A stretch of DNA of 58,729 nt, taken from positions 1 to 58,729 of the forward strand of contig JBBIKI010000004.1 in NCBI GenBank assembly GCA_037445535.1. The letters run 5' to 3'. Positions 1 to 13,297 of this stretch are shown piece by piece. The position numbers and the translations under genes were made by a program. The stretch's first letter is position 1. Every line of letters begins with the position of its first letter. This DNA comes from Acidobacteriota bacterium (GTDB taxonomy: Bacteria; Acidobacteriota; UBA4820; DSQY01). The notes below the pieces were generated by a model that saw only the letters and a program-made list of their open reading frames with translations, was not told the origin of the DNA and did not search any database.

Positions 1-418
1 AGAGGCCCACGAAGGGAGCCGTGGCGCCGATGGTGGCCAGGGAGCCCATGCCCTTGCGCATCTCAGAGTTGGTCTTGGCGGTGGCGCGCTCGATGGCCCG
101 CTTGGCCGCCTCGATGATGTTGTAGCTGTTGCCGGATGCATCGGCCTTGAACTCGAGGAGGGCCGCCGAGAACACCTTGGCGAGGTGGCTGTTCTTGTAT
201 TGCTTGGCCAAGTTGATGCACTCGTCAAGCTTGTTCTGCTTGAGCAGGTTGCCTACCTTCGTCACGAACAGGAGGGACTGCTTCTTGGCCGCGCGGAACA
301 GCAGGAAACGGTCGATGAAGACCCAGATCGATAGGAGGGACATGAACATGAGAACGATCGTGACTGCCCGAGCCAAAAAACCCATCGAGCTCCAAAGTCC
401 CTGGATGGAAAGATCCAT
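1..418 (-). CDS. MotA/TolQ/ExbB proton channel family protein (3' end runs off the window)
   Basis: Manual translation from ATG at 418, preceded by an AGGAG SD: MDLSIQGLWSSMGFLARAVTIVLMFMS...MGSLATIGATAPFVGL. LATIGxTAPFxGL is the ExbB/TolQ TM2 motif. Lies directly downstream of TonB. Absent from the ORF track because it is truncated. Confidence 0.92.
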   Translation of the reverse strand, partial: MDLSIQGLWSSMGFLARAVTIVLMFMSLLSIWVFIDRFLLFRAAKKQSLLFVTKVGNLLKQNKLDECINLAKQYKNSHLAKVFSAALLEFKADASGNSYNIIEAAKRAIERATAKTNSEMRKGMGSLATIGATAPFVGL

Positions 419-456
419 TGCTCAACTCCTTTCTGAACGGTTCAGGACCACTTCTG

Positions 457-1179
457 CTAGCGCGTCGCCGTAAAGTTGATGGTAACAATCCAGAATACGG
501 ATACGGTCTGGCCCGCCTCCGTCGTGGGCGGCGAATACTTCCATCGCTTCACGGCGTCAAGGGCCGACTGGTTGAAGATCGGGTTGGCGGACTGGAGGAT
601 GCGGGCATTTTCCACGTTGCCGTTCTCGTTGATGATGATCTCGATGACCACCCGGCCCGAGAGGCCCATGGCCCGGGCTGCTTCCGGGTAGGTTGGGTTC
701 ACTTGATTGATGAGCTTGGGGGCGCGGATGGAGCCCATGGGGAGAATCTTTCTCTCCGCCGTGCCCAGCCCGTTGCCGCCTAGGACGCCGCCTAGGACGC
801 CGCCCTCCACGCCGCCTTCCACGCCACCCTCCACGCCGCCTTCACCGCTGCCCGCGTTGGCGTTGTTCATGGGCACGATCTTGTCGGGGATGACGGTGGG
901 GGCTACGAGCTTGTTAGGATCCATGGGCGCCGGCGCCTGCACCTTCACTGCCGGGGCCGCCTTCGGGGGCGGGGGCGGGGGCGGAGGCGGGGGCGGGGGA
1001 GCCGCCGTGAAGAACGACACGATGATGGGCGGCGCGTCCAGCGTCTCCGTGGCGTAGATGTTGTAGATCACCAGGGTGCCGATCAGAACGACGTGGATCG
1101 CCACCGCGAGTGGGAAGGTAAGCATCTTCCGCAGCGTGGGCTTCTCTGATTTTGTTGCGACGAGCGAGTCTTCAAACAT
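457..1179 (-). CDS. tonB: Energy transducer TonB
   Basis: N-terminal TM anchor, run of 12 Pro, (GGVE)n linker, C-terminal TonB_C domain (YPEAARAMGLSGRVVIEIII...G.V..ARI...ALDAVKRWKY.P). Upstream of the ExbB/TolQ gene. Confidence 0.9.
   Translation of the reverse strand: MFEDSLVATKSEKPTLRKMLTFPLAVAIHVVLIGTLVIYNIYATETLDAPPIIVSFFTAAPPPPPPPPPPPPKAAPAVKVQAPAPMDPNKLVAPTVIPDKIVPMNNANAGSGEGGVEGGVEGGVEGGVLGGVLGGNGLGTAERKILPMGSIRAPKLINQVNPTYPEAARAMGLSGRVVIEIIINENGNVENARILQSANPIFNQSALDAVKRWKYSPPTTEAGQTVSVFWIVTINFTATR
781..845. repeat. 12-bp-period coding repeat encoding (E/L)GGV units in the TonB linker
   Basis: Units such as acgccgcctagg and acgccgccttcc encode EGGVEGGVEGGVEGGVLGGVLGG. Confidence 0.85.
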
Positions 1180-1191
1180 GAGGGCACCCCG

Positions 1192-2109
1192 TTACTTGGA
1201 AGAGCCTGCGGCCGGAGCCCCGGAGGGCTGAGAGGCCTGGGCCTGCTGTTGGGCTTTCCGTATGGCCAGCGCTTTATCTTTTTCCTGGTCCGCCATCTTG
1301 ATGTCATCGTCGGCCTGAGCCAGGAGTTCCTTTGCCTTTCTGCGGTCTTTCTCGTTGGCCGCGGCATTCTTGGCCAACTCCGCCTTCTGGCGGAAAAGGA
1401 GGTTCATGTAGAGGTGCCCGCTGAAGTTGTTGGGATCGAGCCGAAGGGCCGTTTGAAGGGCCTTGAAGCCCTGGTCCACGATCTTGGCCCGGTCCGCGTC
1501 CGAGTCCTGCTTCTGATAGGAGCGGTTCCAGCAGAGGGCGCCGATGCGGAGGAATCCGGCGGGATCGGTGGGTGTGAGGGTGGCCATCTTCTCCGAGTAT
1601 TCGAGAGATTTGTGGAAATCGCCCTTCCTGGCGTACATGAGGGACAGCGTCTGCATCAGCCGAGGGTCGGTCGGGTCATTCCGGAGGGCCGCCTCATAGA
1701 ACTTGATGCCCTTGTCCAGGAGGTTCTGGTTCACGTACAGGTTGATGATGTAGTCCTGGATCTGGTCATCCTTGCCCACGAGGTTCAAGTATTTCTGGAA
1801 GGCGTCCAGCGCGTTGTTGGTGGCCTCCACGTCTTTGGGCTGGTTGGAGCCCGGCTCGATCTGCTGCCAGTAGGAGTACCCGAGGTACTTCCAGTTCTCG
1901 GCCCGAGCCGGGTTGATGGCGAGGGCATGTTTGAAGAATGTGGCCGCCTCCGCGTACCTTCCAGCCTTGTAAGCCTTCGCCGCGTCCTTCATGGCGACGT
2001 GTTCGTTAAGAGACGCGCATCCCGTCGCAAGGACCAGCAAGACCAGGGCCGCGAGCAGCCACCTGAACCCGCTATTCCCAACCCGCCCAGTGCATTGGCC
2101 CGAACGCAT
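1192..2109 (-). CDS. Tetratricopeptide-repeat lipoprotein
   Basis: Probable ATG at 2109, then a hydrophobic stretch ending in lipobox LATG-C, then TPR-like helices (AATFFKHALAINP, GIKFYEAALRNDP, ALQTALRLDP). The track's extra N-terminal ~140 aa is probably not translated. Confidence 0.8.
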   Translation of the reverse strand: MRSGQCTGRVGNSGFRWLLAALVLLVLATGCASLNEHVAMKDAAKAYKAGRYAEAATFFKHALAINPARAENWKYLGYSYWQQIEPGSNQPKDVEATNNALDAFQKYLNLVGKDDQIQDYIINLYVNQNLLDKGIKFYEAALRNDPTDPRLMQTLSLMYARKGDFHKSLEYSEKMATLTPTDPAGFLRIGALCWNRSYQKQDSDADRAKIVDQGFKALQTALRLDPNNFSGHLYMNLLFRQKAELAKNAAANEKDRRKAKELLAQADDDIKMADQEKDKALAIRKAQQQAQASQPSGAPAAGSSK

Positions 2110-2255
2110 CGCTTTGGCCTCCAAGATGGATCCCCGCTCGAGGGATGAGGACCGTGACCCCATGGCTTCTGGTGAATGGGAACCGAACGCCCCGCGAGCC
2201 TGCCGCTGCGTGGGGATTCGGGGCTCAAAAGGCCCGGGACACCGGAAGCTGCCTA

Positions 2256-2440
2256 GTCGCACCAGACCGCGGGGCAGCCGCGGCCGCTGTGTATACTCTT
2301 CCCCTCGGCACGAGGAACGGAACCTGGTACTCGTGCCCAGTGCGACATGAGACCACAACCTGGGGATTTGCGCAAGAGGTTGGGGACATTTGGTCTCGGT
2401 GGGTGCCTTGCCCCAGTCTTCGATCGGGCACCCGCCCTTT
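2256..2440. ncRNA. Candidate structured RNA, family unassigned
   Basis: Six abutting helices: GTCGCAC 2256-62/GTGCGAC 2340-46 enclosing CCGCGG/CCGCGG and GGCACGAG/CTCGTGCC; GAGACCA/TGGTCTC with inner CAACCT/AGGTTG; GGTGGGTGCC/GGCACCCGCC followed by CTTT. Confidence 0.35.
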
Positions 2441-2580
2441 GGTCTGTTCACGGCACCTCCTAAGCTCCTTAGACTGGAGCCGGCCGGAGCGGTTCCCCGG
2501 GAAGGGGGTGTGCTATCTTGGCCCTTCCCGTCGCGCCTCAAATATTGGGCATCGAGGGGACGTTAGACAACACCTGGAGC

Positions 2581-5447
2581 GTGACCATGCCCCGCACAGC
2601 ACCCCCCCAGGGGACCTATACGGAAGATCTGGCCCACAGGGCCGTCTATTCCCGGGCGGCCTGCATCTACGCCCGGTGGCCCCGGGGCGTCTGCTACCCC
2701 AGAGCGGGGGAGGACCTTCTGTGGGCCCTCTCCTACTGCGCCGAGGAGGGCGTTCCTCTCACCCTTCGCGGCGGCGGATCGGGCCTGGCGGGGCAGACCG
2801 TGGGCGAGGGGGTCGTGGCGGACGTCTCCCGCTGGATGGCCCGGATCAAGTCCGTGGACGAAGCCCGCCGGGTGGCCGTGGTGGAGCCCGGGGTGGTGCT
2901 GGCAGATTTGAACCGGCGGCTGGCGCCTATGGGCCTGCGTTTCGCGCCGGACCCGTCTAGCCAGGACTTTTGTACCATCGGGGGCATGCTAGCCAATAAT
3001 TCCAAGGGGGCCCGCTCGGTGAAGTACGGTCCCACGGTGGACCACGTGCTCGCCCTGGACCTCCTTCTCGCGGACGGGTCCAGAGTGCAACTCGATCGCG
3101 GGTTTCGAGCGCCCGAAGCGTACCCTCATCCCGCCCTCCGGGAAGCCGCCGCCCTGATTCTCTCGTGCCGCGAATCCATCCTGGACCGTTGGCCCCGGAG
3201 CCGGGCCAACTCTTCCGGCTACAACCTCCGGGGCTGCCTGGGCGAGGAGCCCGGTGAGGTAGACCTGATCCCGCTGTTCATCGGGTCCGAGGGGACCCTG
3301 GGGATCTTCCTTGAAGCCTCACTGAACCTCCAGCCCGTTCCCAGGTGCCAGAGCCTGACCCTTCTGGGCTTCAGCGACGTGGAGCCAGCAGGAAGGGCGG
3401 TCGTGGACCTCATGCCTCTCAGACCTTCGGCCTGCGAAATCCTCGACAACACCTTCCTGGACATCATCCGAAGAGGAATGGGTTCTTTCCCCCTCCCCGT
3501 GGATGACGCTGTCCGCACCCTCCTCCTCGTGGAGAGCGACGGCGAGGTGAGGGACGAGGCGGAGGCGGCCATGGACCGGCTCCTGAAGGCGGCCTCGGGC
3601 GCGGGCCCCGTGAGCGCGCGCAGGGCCGCCACGGCCGCCGAGCGCGCCGCCATCTGGTCCTTCCGCAAGGCGGCGAGCCCCCTGCTCAACCGAGGGCGGG
3701 GGAGGCTGAAATCGGTGCGCTTCATCGAGGACGGGGCCGTTCCCGGGGAGGCCATTCCCGCCTACCTCAAAGGCATCAGGGACATCGTCGCCGCGCGGGA
3801 TATTGAGGTGGTCATCTTCGGCCATGCCGGAGATGGCCATTTTCACGTGAACCCCTTCATGGATCTGCGAGATCCCGCGCACTTCAACCAGATAACCCCC
3901 ATGGCGCGGGAACAGGCCGAACTCCTGGCGGACCTGGGAGGGACCCTCTCCGGAGAGCACGGGGACGGGCGCCTTCGCACCCCCTTCCTGCCCCTGGTCT
4001 ACGGCGGCCTCGCGGACCTCTTCCGGAAGATCAAACTGATCCTGGACCCGCGGGAGATTCTCAACCCCGGGATCATCGCTCCCGCCCAGGCGGAGCCCAT
4101 GGCCAAGGGCCTCAGGTTCAGCCCCGCCTACTCCCGGGCCGCCCTTCCGGGCCGCCTGGCCGAGGAAGGCTGGGCCTCTGAGGCGGAGCGCTGCCACGGG
4201 TGCGGGACGTGCCGCGATTTCTGCCCCACGGCCCAGGCCAGCGACCACGACCTCCTCTCCAGCCGGGGGCGGGGGCACCTCCTTCAAACCCTTCTCTCGG
4301 GCGAACTGGATTGGGCGCAGGTTCGCCGTCCCGAAATCAGGGCCATCTTCGAGTCATGCCTCGGCTGTTCCATGTGCGCCCTCCACTGTCCCACGGGGGT
4401 GGACATCGCGCCCCTGGCGGCGGCCTTCCGCGAGGCGTTCACGCCGCGGCTCGCGAGGGTGCGGGACACGTTCCTCGCGTCCCTTCCGACCCTGGGCTAC
4501 GTGGCGGGAGCCGGCCCGGGACGGCTCGCGCTTAAGGCCGGAAACCTGGCGCCCTCCCGTGCCCTAGGCGGCGCACTCCTGGGGCTTCGGCGCGACATGG
4601 CCGCTCCCGAGCTGGCTCCCGCCTTCGCGTTCGATCCGGGGCGGCTCTATCACTTCGCGGGGACCGGCGCAGGCAAGGCCCTTTATTTTTATGGCTGCTA
4701 CGGCAACGCGTTTAACCCCGGCGGGGAGGCCCAACTGGCGGTGGCGGTGCTGGGCGCACTCGGCGCCGAGGTGGTGGTGCCTCCGCAGGCCTGCTGCGGC
4801 GTCAGCAAAATGACGCGGGGGCTCATGGACATGGCCGCCCCCGACGTGGCGTACAACCGGCGAAGCCTGTTGCCCTATGTCCGCCAGGGGTTCCAGGTGG
4901 TGGCCTCGGCACCTTCTTGCCTGCTGGCCCTCAAGCGGGAACAGCCCCGTTTCTTCGAGGGCGCGGAGGGGCAGGAATTGGCGGAAGCGTGCACGGGGCT
5001 CTTCGGCTTCGTTCGAGGAGCCATGGACCGCCGGACCGTTCCCCTGGCTCGCGTGGAAGCCAGAGTGGTCTACCAGACGCCCTGTCACGGGGCCGTCCTC
5101 GGGACCTATCGGGATGAGGTGGAGGTGCTGAAGCGGATCCCCGGCCTGGAGGTGGAGGACGTGACGGAGGAGTGCTGCGGGCTTTCCGGTTCCTACGGCG
5201 CCGAGGCTCGGCATGCCGGGATCTCGGACGCCATCGCCGCGCCCCTGATGGACCGGATCCGCAAGGCCAGGCCGGACTTGGTCGTCACCCCGTGCGGCTC
5301 ATGCCGGGCCCAGGATCAATCCAAATTGGGCCTTCCGGTGGTGCACCCGCTCGTGCTCCTGGCGGCGGCCCTGGGTATCGAGGCGGGGCCCGTGGAAGGA
5401 GCCCCGTGCCTTCACGCGCCTCGGACCAAGCCCGAGAGCGCCGCGCC

Positions 5448-5460
<13 letters not shown>
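2581..5460 (+). CDS. FAD-binding and (Fe-S)-binding oxidoreductase (GlcD-GlcF fusion, YdiJ-like)
   Basis: FAD-oxidase motifs RGGGSGLAGQ, PDPSS..CTIGGM.ANN, GSEGTLG, HAGDGHFH and SGEHGDG. Two ferredoxin motifs (CHGCGTCRDFCP, CLGCSMCALHCP) and CCG domains (CCG, PCH, PCGSC). Start GTG 2581 or ATG 2587. Confidence 0.9.
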
Positions 5461-8591
<3,131 letters not shown>

Positions 8592-8592
8592 C

Positions 8593-10860
8593 TCACGCTC
8601 CTTTGAGGACGTTCAGGGCCGACCCGGCCTTGAACCATTCGATCTGCTCGTGGTTCAGGGTGTGCCGGAGCTGGATCTCCTCGCTCGCTCCGTCGGCGTG
8701 GTGCAGGACGCCCCTCACGGGCTTGCCCGGCGCCAGGTCCTTCAGGCCCAGGAGGCTGACGCGGTCCGTTTCCTCCACCTTGTCGTAGTCCGCTGGGGCC
8801 GCGAAGGTGAGGGGCAGGATGCCCTGCTTCTTAAGGTTGCTCTCGTGGATGCGGGCGAAGGACCGGCTGATGACGGCGGCGGCGCCCAGGAACCGGGGCG
8901 ACATGGCCGCGTGCTCGCGGCTGGATCCCTCGCCGTAGTTTTCATCTCCCACGGCCACCCACCGGATGCCCTTGGCCTTGTACTCCCGTGCGATCTTGGA
9001 GAAGGAGAGGCCTCCTTCCCCGGAGATCAGGTTCTTCCCTTTGCCCGCCTCGCCCGTGAAGGCGTTCACGGCGCCGTTGAACATGTTGTCGCTGATCTTG
9101 TCCAGGTGGCCCCTGAACCGCAGCCACGGCCCCGCGGGGGAGATGTGGTCCGTGGTGCACTTGCCCTTGGCCTTGAGAAGGACCGGTAGCTCCACGTAGT
9201 CCTTCCTGTCCCAGGGAGAAAAGGGCGCCAGGACCTGGAGGCGCTCGCTGTCCCGGAGGACCTTCACGGCCACGCCCTCTCCGTTCGCCGCCGGGGGGAC
9301 GTAGCCGTGCTCGTCCTTGATGAAGCCCTTGGGGGGAAGGTCCGGAGCCGGTTTGGGCGGGGAGAACTTGAACACCGTGCCGTTCACGGGAAGGGTGTCC
9401 GTCAAGGGATTGAAGGAGAGCCTTCCCGCGAAGGCATAGGCCACGACCGTCTCGGGGCTTGCCAGGAAGGAGAGGGTCGTGGCGTTGCCGTCGTTCCGCT
9501 TGGGGAAATTCCGGTTGAAAGAGGAGAGGATGGAATTGGATTCGCCGGGCTTGAGGTCGTCGCGCTTCCACTGGCCGATGCATGGCCCGCAGGCATTGGC
9601 CAGGACGGTGGCGCCCACGGCCTGGAGCGAGGCCATCTGCCCGTCCCGCTCGATGGTGGCCCGGACCTGCTCGCTGCCCGGCGTCACCAGAAGCGGCGTA
9701 ACCACCTTGAGGCCCGCGGCCCGGGCCTGATCCGCCAGCTCCGCGGCCCGGCCCATGTCCTCGTAGGAGGAGTTCGTGCAGGACCCCACGAGGGCGTAGG
9801 CGAGGTGGTCGGGGTAGCCCTCCTGCGTGACGGCCTCGCTCATCTGGGACACGGTGCGGGCCAGGTCGGGCGTGTGCGGCCCCACGATGTGGGGTTCGAG
9901 TTTGGAGAGGTCGATCTCCACGATACGGCCGAAGAACGTCTCCGGGGCCTTCTCCACCTCAGGGTCGGATTCGAGCAGGTCGGGATGGCGCCGGGCCAGA
10001 TCGGCGAGAGGCGAGCGGTTCGTGCCGCGCAGGTAGGCGTCCATGCGCTGGTCGAAGGGGAAGATGCTGGTGGTGGCGCCCAGTTCCGCCCCCATGTTGG
10101 TGATGGTTGCCTTGCCGGTGCAGGAGAGGGACTTCACGCCAGGCCCGAAGTACTCCACCACCCGGTTTGTCCCGCCCTTCACCGTGAGGATGCCGCAGAG
10201 CTTGAGGATCACGTCCTTGGGGGAGGCCCAGCCGCTCAGCTCTCCCGTGAGCCTGACCCCGATGAGTTTGGGGTAGAGGACCTCCCAGGGGAATCCCGCC
10301 ATGACGTCCACGGCGTCGGCCCCGCCCACGCCCGAGGCAAACATGCCCAGCCCGCCCGCGTTTGGCGTATGGCTGTCCGTACCAATCATCATGCCGCCCG
10401 GGAAGGCGTAATGTTCCAGGACCACCTGGTGGATGATGCCCGCCCCCGGCTTCCAAAACCCGATGCCGTATTTGGAGGAGGCGGTGGCGAGAAAATCGTA
10501 CACCTCACGGTTCGACTCCAGGGCCGCCGCCATGTCCTTCGAGGCCCCCGCGTGGGCCAGGATGAGGTGGTCGCAGTGCACCGTCGTGGGCACCGCCACG
10601 GCCGGCCGGCCCGCCTGCATGAACTGGAGGATGGCCATCTGGGCTGTGGCGTCCTGCATCGCCACCCTGTCCGGCCGCAGATAGAGATAGCTCTTCCCCG
10701 GCTCCAGTTCGGCCTTTTCCGGGTTGTCCAGGTGGCCTAGGAGGACCTTCTCGGCGTAGGTCATGGGACGGCCGAGGCGCGTGCGGACGATGGCGAGGTT
10801 GGCGGCGATTTTAGCGTAGGCGGCGCTCACGAATTCCGGCGTCGATTCGATGATGGCCAT
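8593..10860 (-). CDS. acnA: Aconitate hydratase (mitochondrial-type)
   Basis: Motifs [65 protein letters not shown] and [17 protein letters not shown] before ATG 10860. Confidence 0.95.
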   Translation of the reverse strand: MAIIESTPEFVSAAYAKIAANLAIVRTRLGRPMTYAEKVLLGHLDNPEKAELEPGKSYLYLRPDRVAMQDATAQMAILQFMQAGRPAVAVPTTVHCDHLILAHAGASKDMAAALESNREVYDFLATASSKYGIGFWKPGAGIIHQVVLEHYAFPGGMMIGTDSHTPNAGGLGMFASGVGGADAVDVMAGFPWEVLYPKLIGVRLTGELSGWASPKDVILKLCGILTVKGGTNRVVEYFGPGVKSLSCTGKATITNMGAELGATTSIFPFDQRMDAYLRGTNRSPLADLARRHPDLLESDPEVEKAPETFFGRIVEIDLSKLEPHIVGPHTPDLARTVSQMSEAVTQEGYPDHLAYALVGSCTNSSYEDMGRAAELADQARAAGLKVVTPLLVTPGSEQVRATIERDGQMASLQAVGATVLANACGPCIGQWKRDDLKPGESNSILSSFNRNFPKRNDGNATTLSFLASPETVVAYAFAGRLSFNPLTDTLPVNGTVFKFSPPKPAPDLPPKGFIKDEHGYVPPAANGEGVAVKVLRDSERLQVLAPFSPWDRKDYVELPVLLKAKGKCTTDHISPAGPWLRFRGHLDKISDNMFNGAVNAFTGEAGKGKNLISGEGGLSFSKIAREYKAKGIRWVAVGDENYGEGSSREHAAMSPRFLGAAAVISRSFARIHESNLKKQGILPLTFAAPADYDKVEETDRVSLLGLKDLAPGKPVRGVLHHADGASEEIQLRHTLNHEQIEWFKAGSALNVLKGA

Positions 10861-11004
10861 GGGTTCCTCCACGAAAAGCAAGAACAGTATACCCCCCGTG
10901 CGGATTCCGGGGTAAGCCGCAGAAATGGTGGCCTTTCTTGGTATCCCCGGCAGGGCCTCCGGCGCTTCGCGCCTTAACAGGAAGCATAGGGCGTGGCATC
11001 GAAA

Positions 11005-11134
11005 CGCCTGTGCCTGTTACCGCGAGGGTTCCTTCGGAAGGGGTTCCCCGGATGGAGTGCGAGCGCTCTTACGGTTGCAGCGTTCTCTTCCCCGCCCTTC
11101 GCTAGACTTCGCGAGACGTTTCACCCTGCAGGCG
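11005..11134 (+). ncRNA. Candidate rod-shaped structured RNA, family unassigned
   Basis: Five nested helices: CGCCTG/CAGGCG, CGCGAGG/CTTCGCG, GAAGGG/CCCTTC, GGA-GGA/TCT-TCC and GAGCGCT/AGCGTTC. Five G-U wobbles work only on the + strand. Confidence 0.35.
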
Positions 11135-11160
11135 CGAAGGATACGGAGGCAAGCCGGCCA

Positions 11161-11184
11161 CGGGAGGGCCACCGTGCCCTCCCG
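11161..11184. terminator. Strong 9-bp hairpin downstream of larC (possible terminator)
   Basis: CGGGAGGGC/GCCCTCCCG with a 6-nt loop. No clear U-tract. Confidence 0.35.
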
Positions 11185-11208
11185 CCAGCCGTGCCGCCGG
11201 CACGCTCT

Positions 11209-12363
11209 TCAAGAGACCAGGTACGGCCCGATCTCCTCCAACACCTGCTGCGCCGGTATCCCCGCCTTCTCGCTCATCGCCTTCACGTCGTCCCATTCCG
11301 GGTGGAGGCGGCGGCGGCCCGAGGGGGTGATGACGGCCTTGACCCGGAGCGGCCCGCGGGGCGTCTCTACGGTGAGGATGGCGCGCTTCAGTTCACGCCG
11401 CTCCCAGCGGGAGAACCTCGCGCCGATGGTGCTGGTATGCTCCATGAGCATATCCGCGTAGCGGGGTTCGGCGCCGGCGGGGCAGAGGACGGTCACGGCC
11501 CACGCGGGGCGTCCCTTCTTGGCCTGGACCGGTGCGAGGGATACGTCCAGGGCGCCCTGGGATCGCAGCACGTCCACGGCCCCCGCCAACAGTTCGGGGC
11601 TCATGTCGTCCACCTGGGCTTCCACGACGCCCACGAGGCCCTCGGCGGGGCTGTCGGTGATGAGGATGGCCCTGAGCACGTTGGGTGCGCCTTCGGTGTT
11701 TTTGGCCCCCGCGCCGTACCCCACGGCCTTGACGGCGCCTGAAGGCAGCGGGCCGAAGCGGCGGGCGAGGGTGGTGGCGAGGGCGGCGCCCGTGGGGGTG
11801 GTGCGCTCAGTTGGGGGACCGAAGGCGAAGACCGGAAAGCCGGTCACCAGCTCGGCCACGGCGGGCGGAGGCACGGGGAAGGTGCCGTGCTCCATCACGG
11901 TGAAGCCCGATCCCAGGTTCATGGGGCCGCATTCCACCGCGGGGCAGCCCAGCGATGCCCAGGCGGCGCAGGCGCCCACGATGTCGGCGATGGCGTCTGC
12001 GGCGCCCACCTCGTGAAAGTGGACGTCCTCCACGGGGCAGCCGTGGACCTTGGCCTCGGCCTTGGCGAGCCGCGTAAAGACCTTGGCCGCCGTCTCCGAG
12101 ATGGCCGGTTCGAGGCCAGCGCCGGTGATGAGGCGCAGGATGTGGGACAACCCCCGGTGGGTGTTGGCGCCCCTCCAGGTGACGGTGCCGCGTGTGGCCT
12201 GGAGGCCCTGCCGGTGCACCTTGCCGAAGGAAAAGGCGAGCCCTTCCATCCCGAGACGGCTCAAGGCCGCGTTGATGGCCTCCGGGCCGGCCCCGGCGTC
12301 TACGAGGGCTGAGACGGCCATGTCCCCGGCGATGCCCATGAAGGGGTCGAGGTAGAGGATCAT
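11209..12363 (-). CDS. larC: Nickel pincer cofactor biosynthesis protein LarC (nickel insertase)
   Basis: Motifs YLDPFMGIAGDM, HFHEVGAADAIADIVG, HG.FPVP.PA, TPTGAA, GYGAG, PNVLR, KKGRP and TSTIG.R. Confidence 0.92.
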   Translation of the reverse strand: MILYLDPFMGIAGDMAVSALVDAGAGPEAINAALSRLGMEGLAFSFGKVHRQGLQATRGTVTWRGANTHRGLSHILRLITGAGLEPAISETAAKVFTRLAKAEAKVHGCPVEDVHFHEVGAADAIADIVGACAAWASLGCPAVECGPMNLGSGFTVMEHGTFPVPPPAVAELVTGFPVFAFGPPTERTTPTGAALATTLARRFGPLPSGAVKAVGYGAGAKNTEGAPNVLRAILITDSPAEGLVGVVEAQVDDMSPELLAGAVDVLRSQGALDVSLAPVQAKKGRPAWAVTVLCPAGAEPRYADMLMEHTSTIGARFSRWERRELKRAILTVETPRGPLRVKAVITPSGRRRLHPEWDDVKAMSEKAGIPAQQVLEEIGPYLVS

Positions 12364-12380
12364 GGGAGGAACCCCCAGGA

Positions 12381-12475
12381 GGAATTTCGAATTTCGGACT
12401 TGGAATTTTGGAATGATGCAGGACTCTCGTTCATGCCTGGCGCTCCATCATCATCAAGTCCCCAATCCCCAATCA
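12381..12475. repeat. Degenerate intergenic heptamer tandem repeats
   Basis: ATTTCGA-ATTTCGG-ACTTGGA-ATTTTGG at 12384-12411 and CCCCAAT x2 at 12460-12473. Confidence 0.7.
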
Positions 12476-13264
12476 ATGCCCTTTTTCCCTTGGCCCTCTG
12501 AGCAGGGCCTCTTCGACGACGTCCCTGGCCTGGTGGACGAGGGCGTTGCGGTCGACGTAGGTGAGCCCCGCCACGGGGATGGGGTCAAGAAACTCCACGC
12601 GGATGGTTCCCGGGTGTACGAGGTATTCGTGGCGCCCCTGGACCTGCCTTGCGCCATGGATGGCGAAGGGGAGGATGGGAACGCCCACTTCCGTGGCCAC
12701 GATGAAGGGCCCCTTCTTGAAGGGCATGAGCAGATCGGGCGTGTGGTTACGCGTTCCCTCGGGAAAGGCCAGGATGCTCAGCCCCGTTCTCTTCACCCGC
12801 GCGGCGAGCCGTTTCATGGTTCGGCGCGCTTTGGCGTTATCGCTCCGGTCGATGAAGGGAAAGCCTCCCGCCCACAAGGCCCAGCCGAAGATGGGTATGT
12901 ACAGGATTTCGCGCTTGGCCAGGAAACGGTAATAGCGGCCTTTCAAGGCGGGGATCATGACGTAGATGTCGAAGTTGCTCGTGTGGTTGCCTACGAGCAC
13001 GTAAGGCTGGCCCGCGGGGAAACGCTCGGTACCCTCCACCTCCAGGGTGACGCCGGCCACCTTCAGGATGATCACGCCCCACAGGCGGCCGAGCCAGAAC
13101 ACGATCTGGCCACGCGTGAGGGGGCTTAGGAGGATGGCCGTGGTCCCGAAGATGACCACCAGGAACCACACGGTGAGGTGGACCAGGAGGCTTCGCAGGA
13201 CCAGGCTGGCGGAGAGGGATGGCACGGGCATATCGGATGTGGATGTAGTGTCCGCGTCGGCCAC
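12473..13264 (-). CDS. plsC: 1-acyl-sn-glycerol-3-phosphate acyltransferase
   Basis: Motifs NHTSNFD (HX4D), FLAKRE, FIDR and FPEGTR. AGGAGG SD before GTG 13264; TATAAT at 13286-13291. Confidence 0.92.
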   Translation of the reverse strand: MADADTTSTSDMPVPSLSASLVLRSLLVHLTVWFLVVIFGTTAILLSPLTRGQIVFWLGRLWGVIILKVAGVTLEVEGTERFPAGQPYVLVGNHTSNFDIYVMIPALKGRYYRFLAKREILYIPIFGWALWAGGFPFIDRSDNAKARRTMKRLAARVKRTGLSILAFPEGTRNHTPDLLMPFKKGPFIVATEVGVPILPFAIHGARQVQGRHEYLVHPGTIRVEFLDPIPVAGLTYVDRNALVHQARDVVEEALLRGPREKGH

Positions 13265-13297
13265 GCCAGGTGCCCTCCTGCGGCCATTATACGTGTT

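Noticed and set aside
2110-2541. N-terminal extension of the TPR ORF, with AGGAGG and GTG at 2451
   Set aside because: It would put about 115 non-protein-like residues ahead of a lipoprotein signal peptide, the SD spacing is only 4 nt, and the region is better explained as structured non-coding DNA.
11119-11129. GCAGGGTGAAA on the minus strand, resembling the start of an FMN riboswitch
   Set aside because: The following conserved FMN elements (UUCCCGACCGG, AGUCYGGAUG) are absent and no flavin gene lies downstream.
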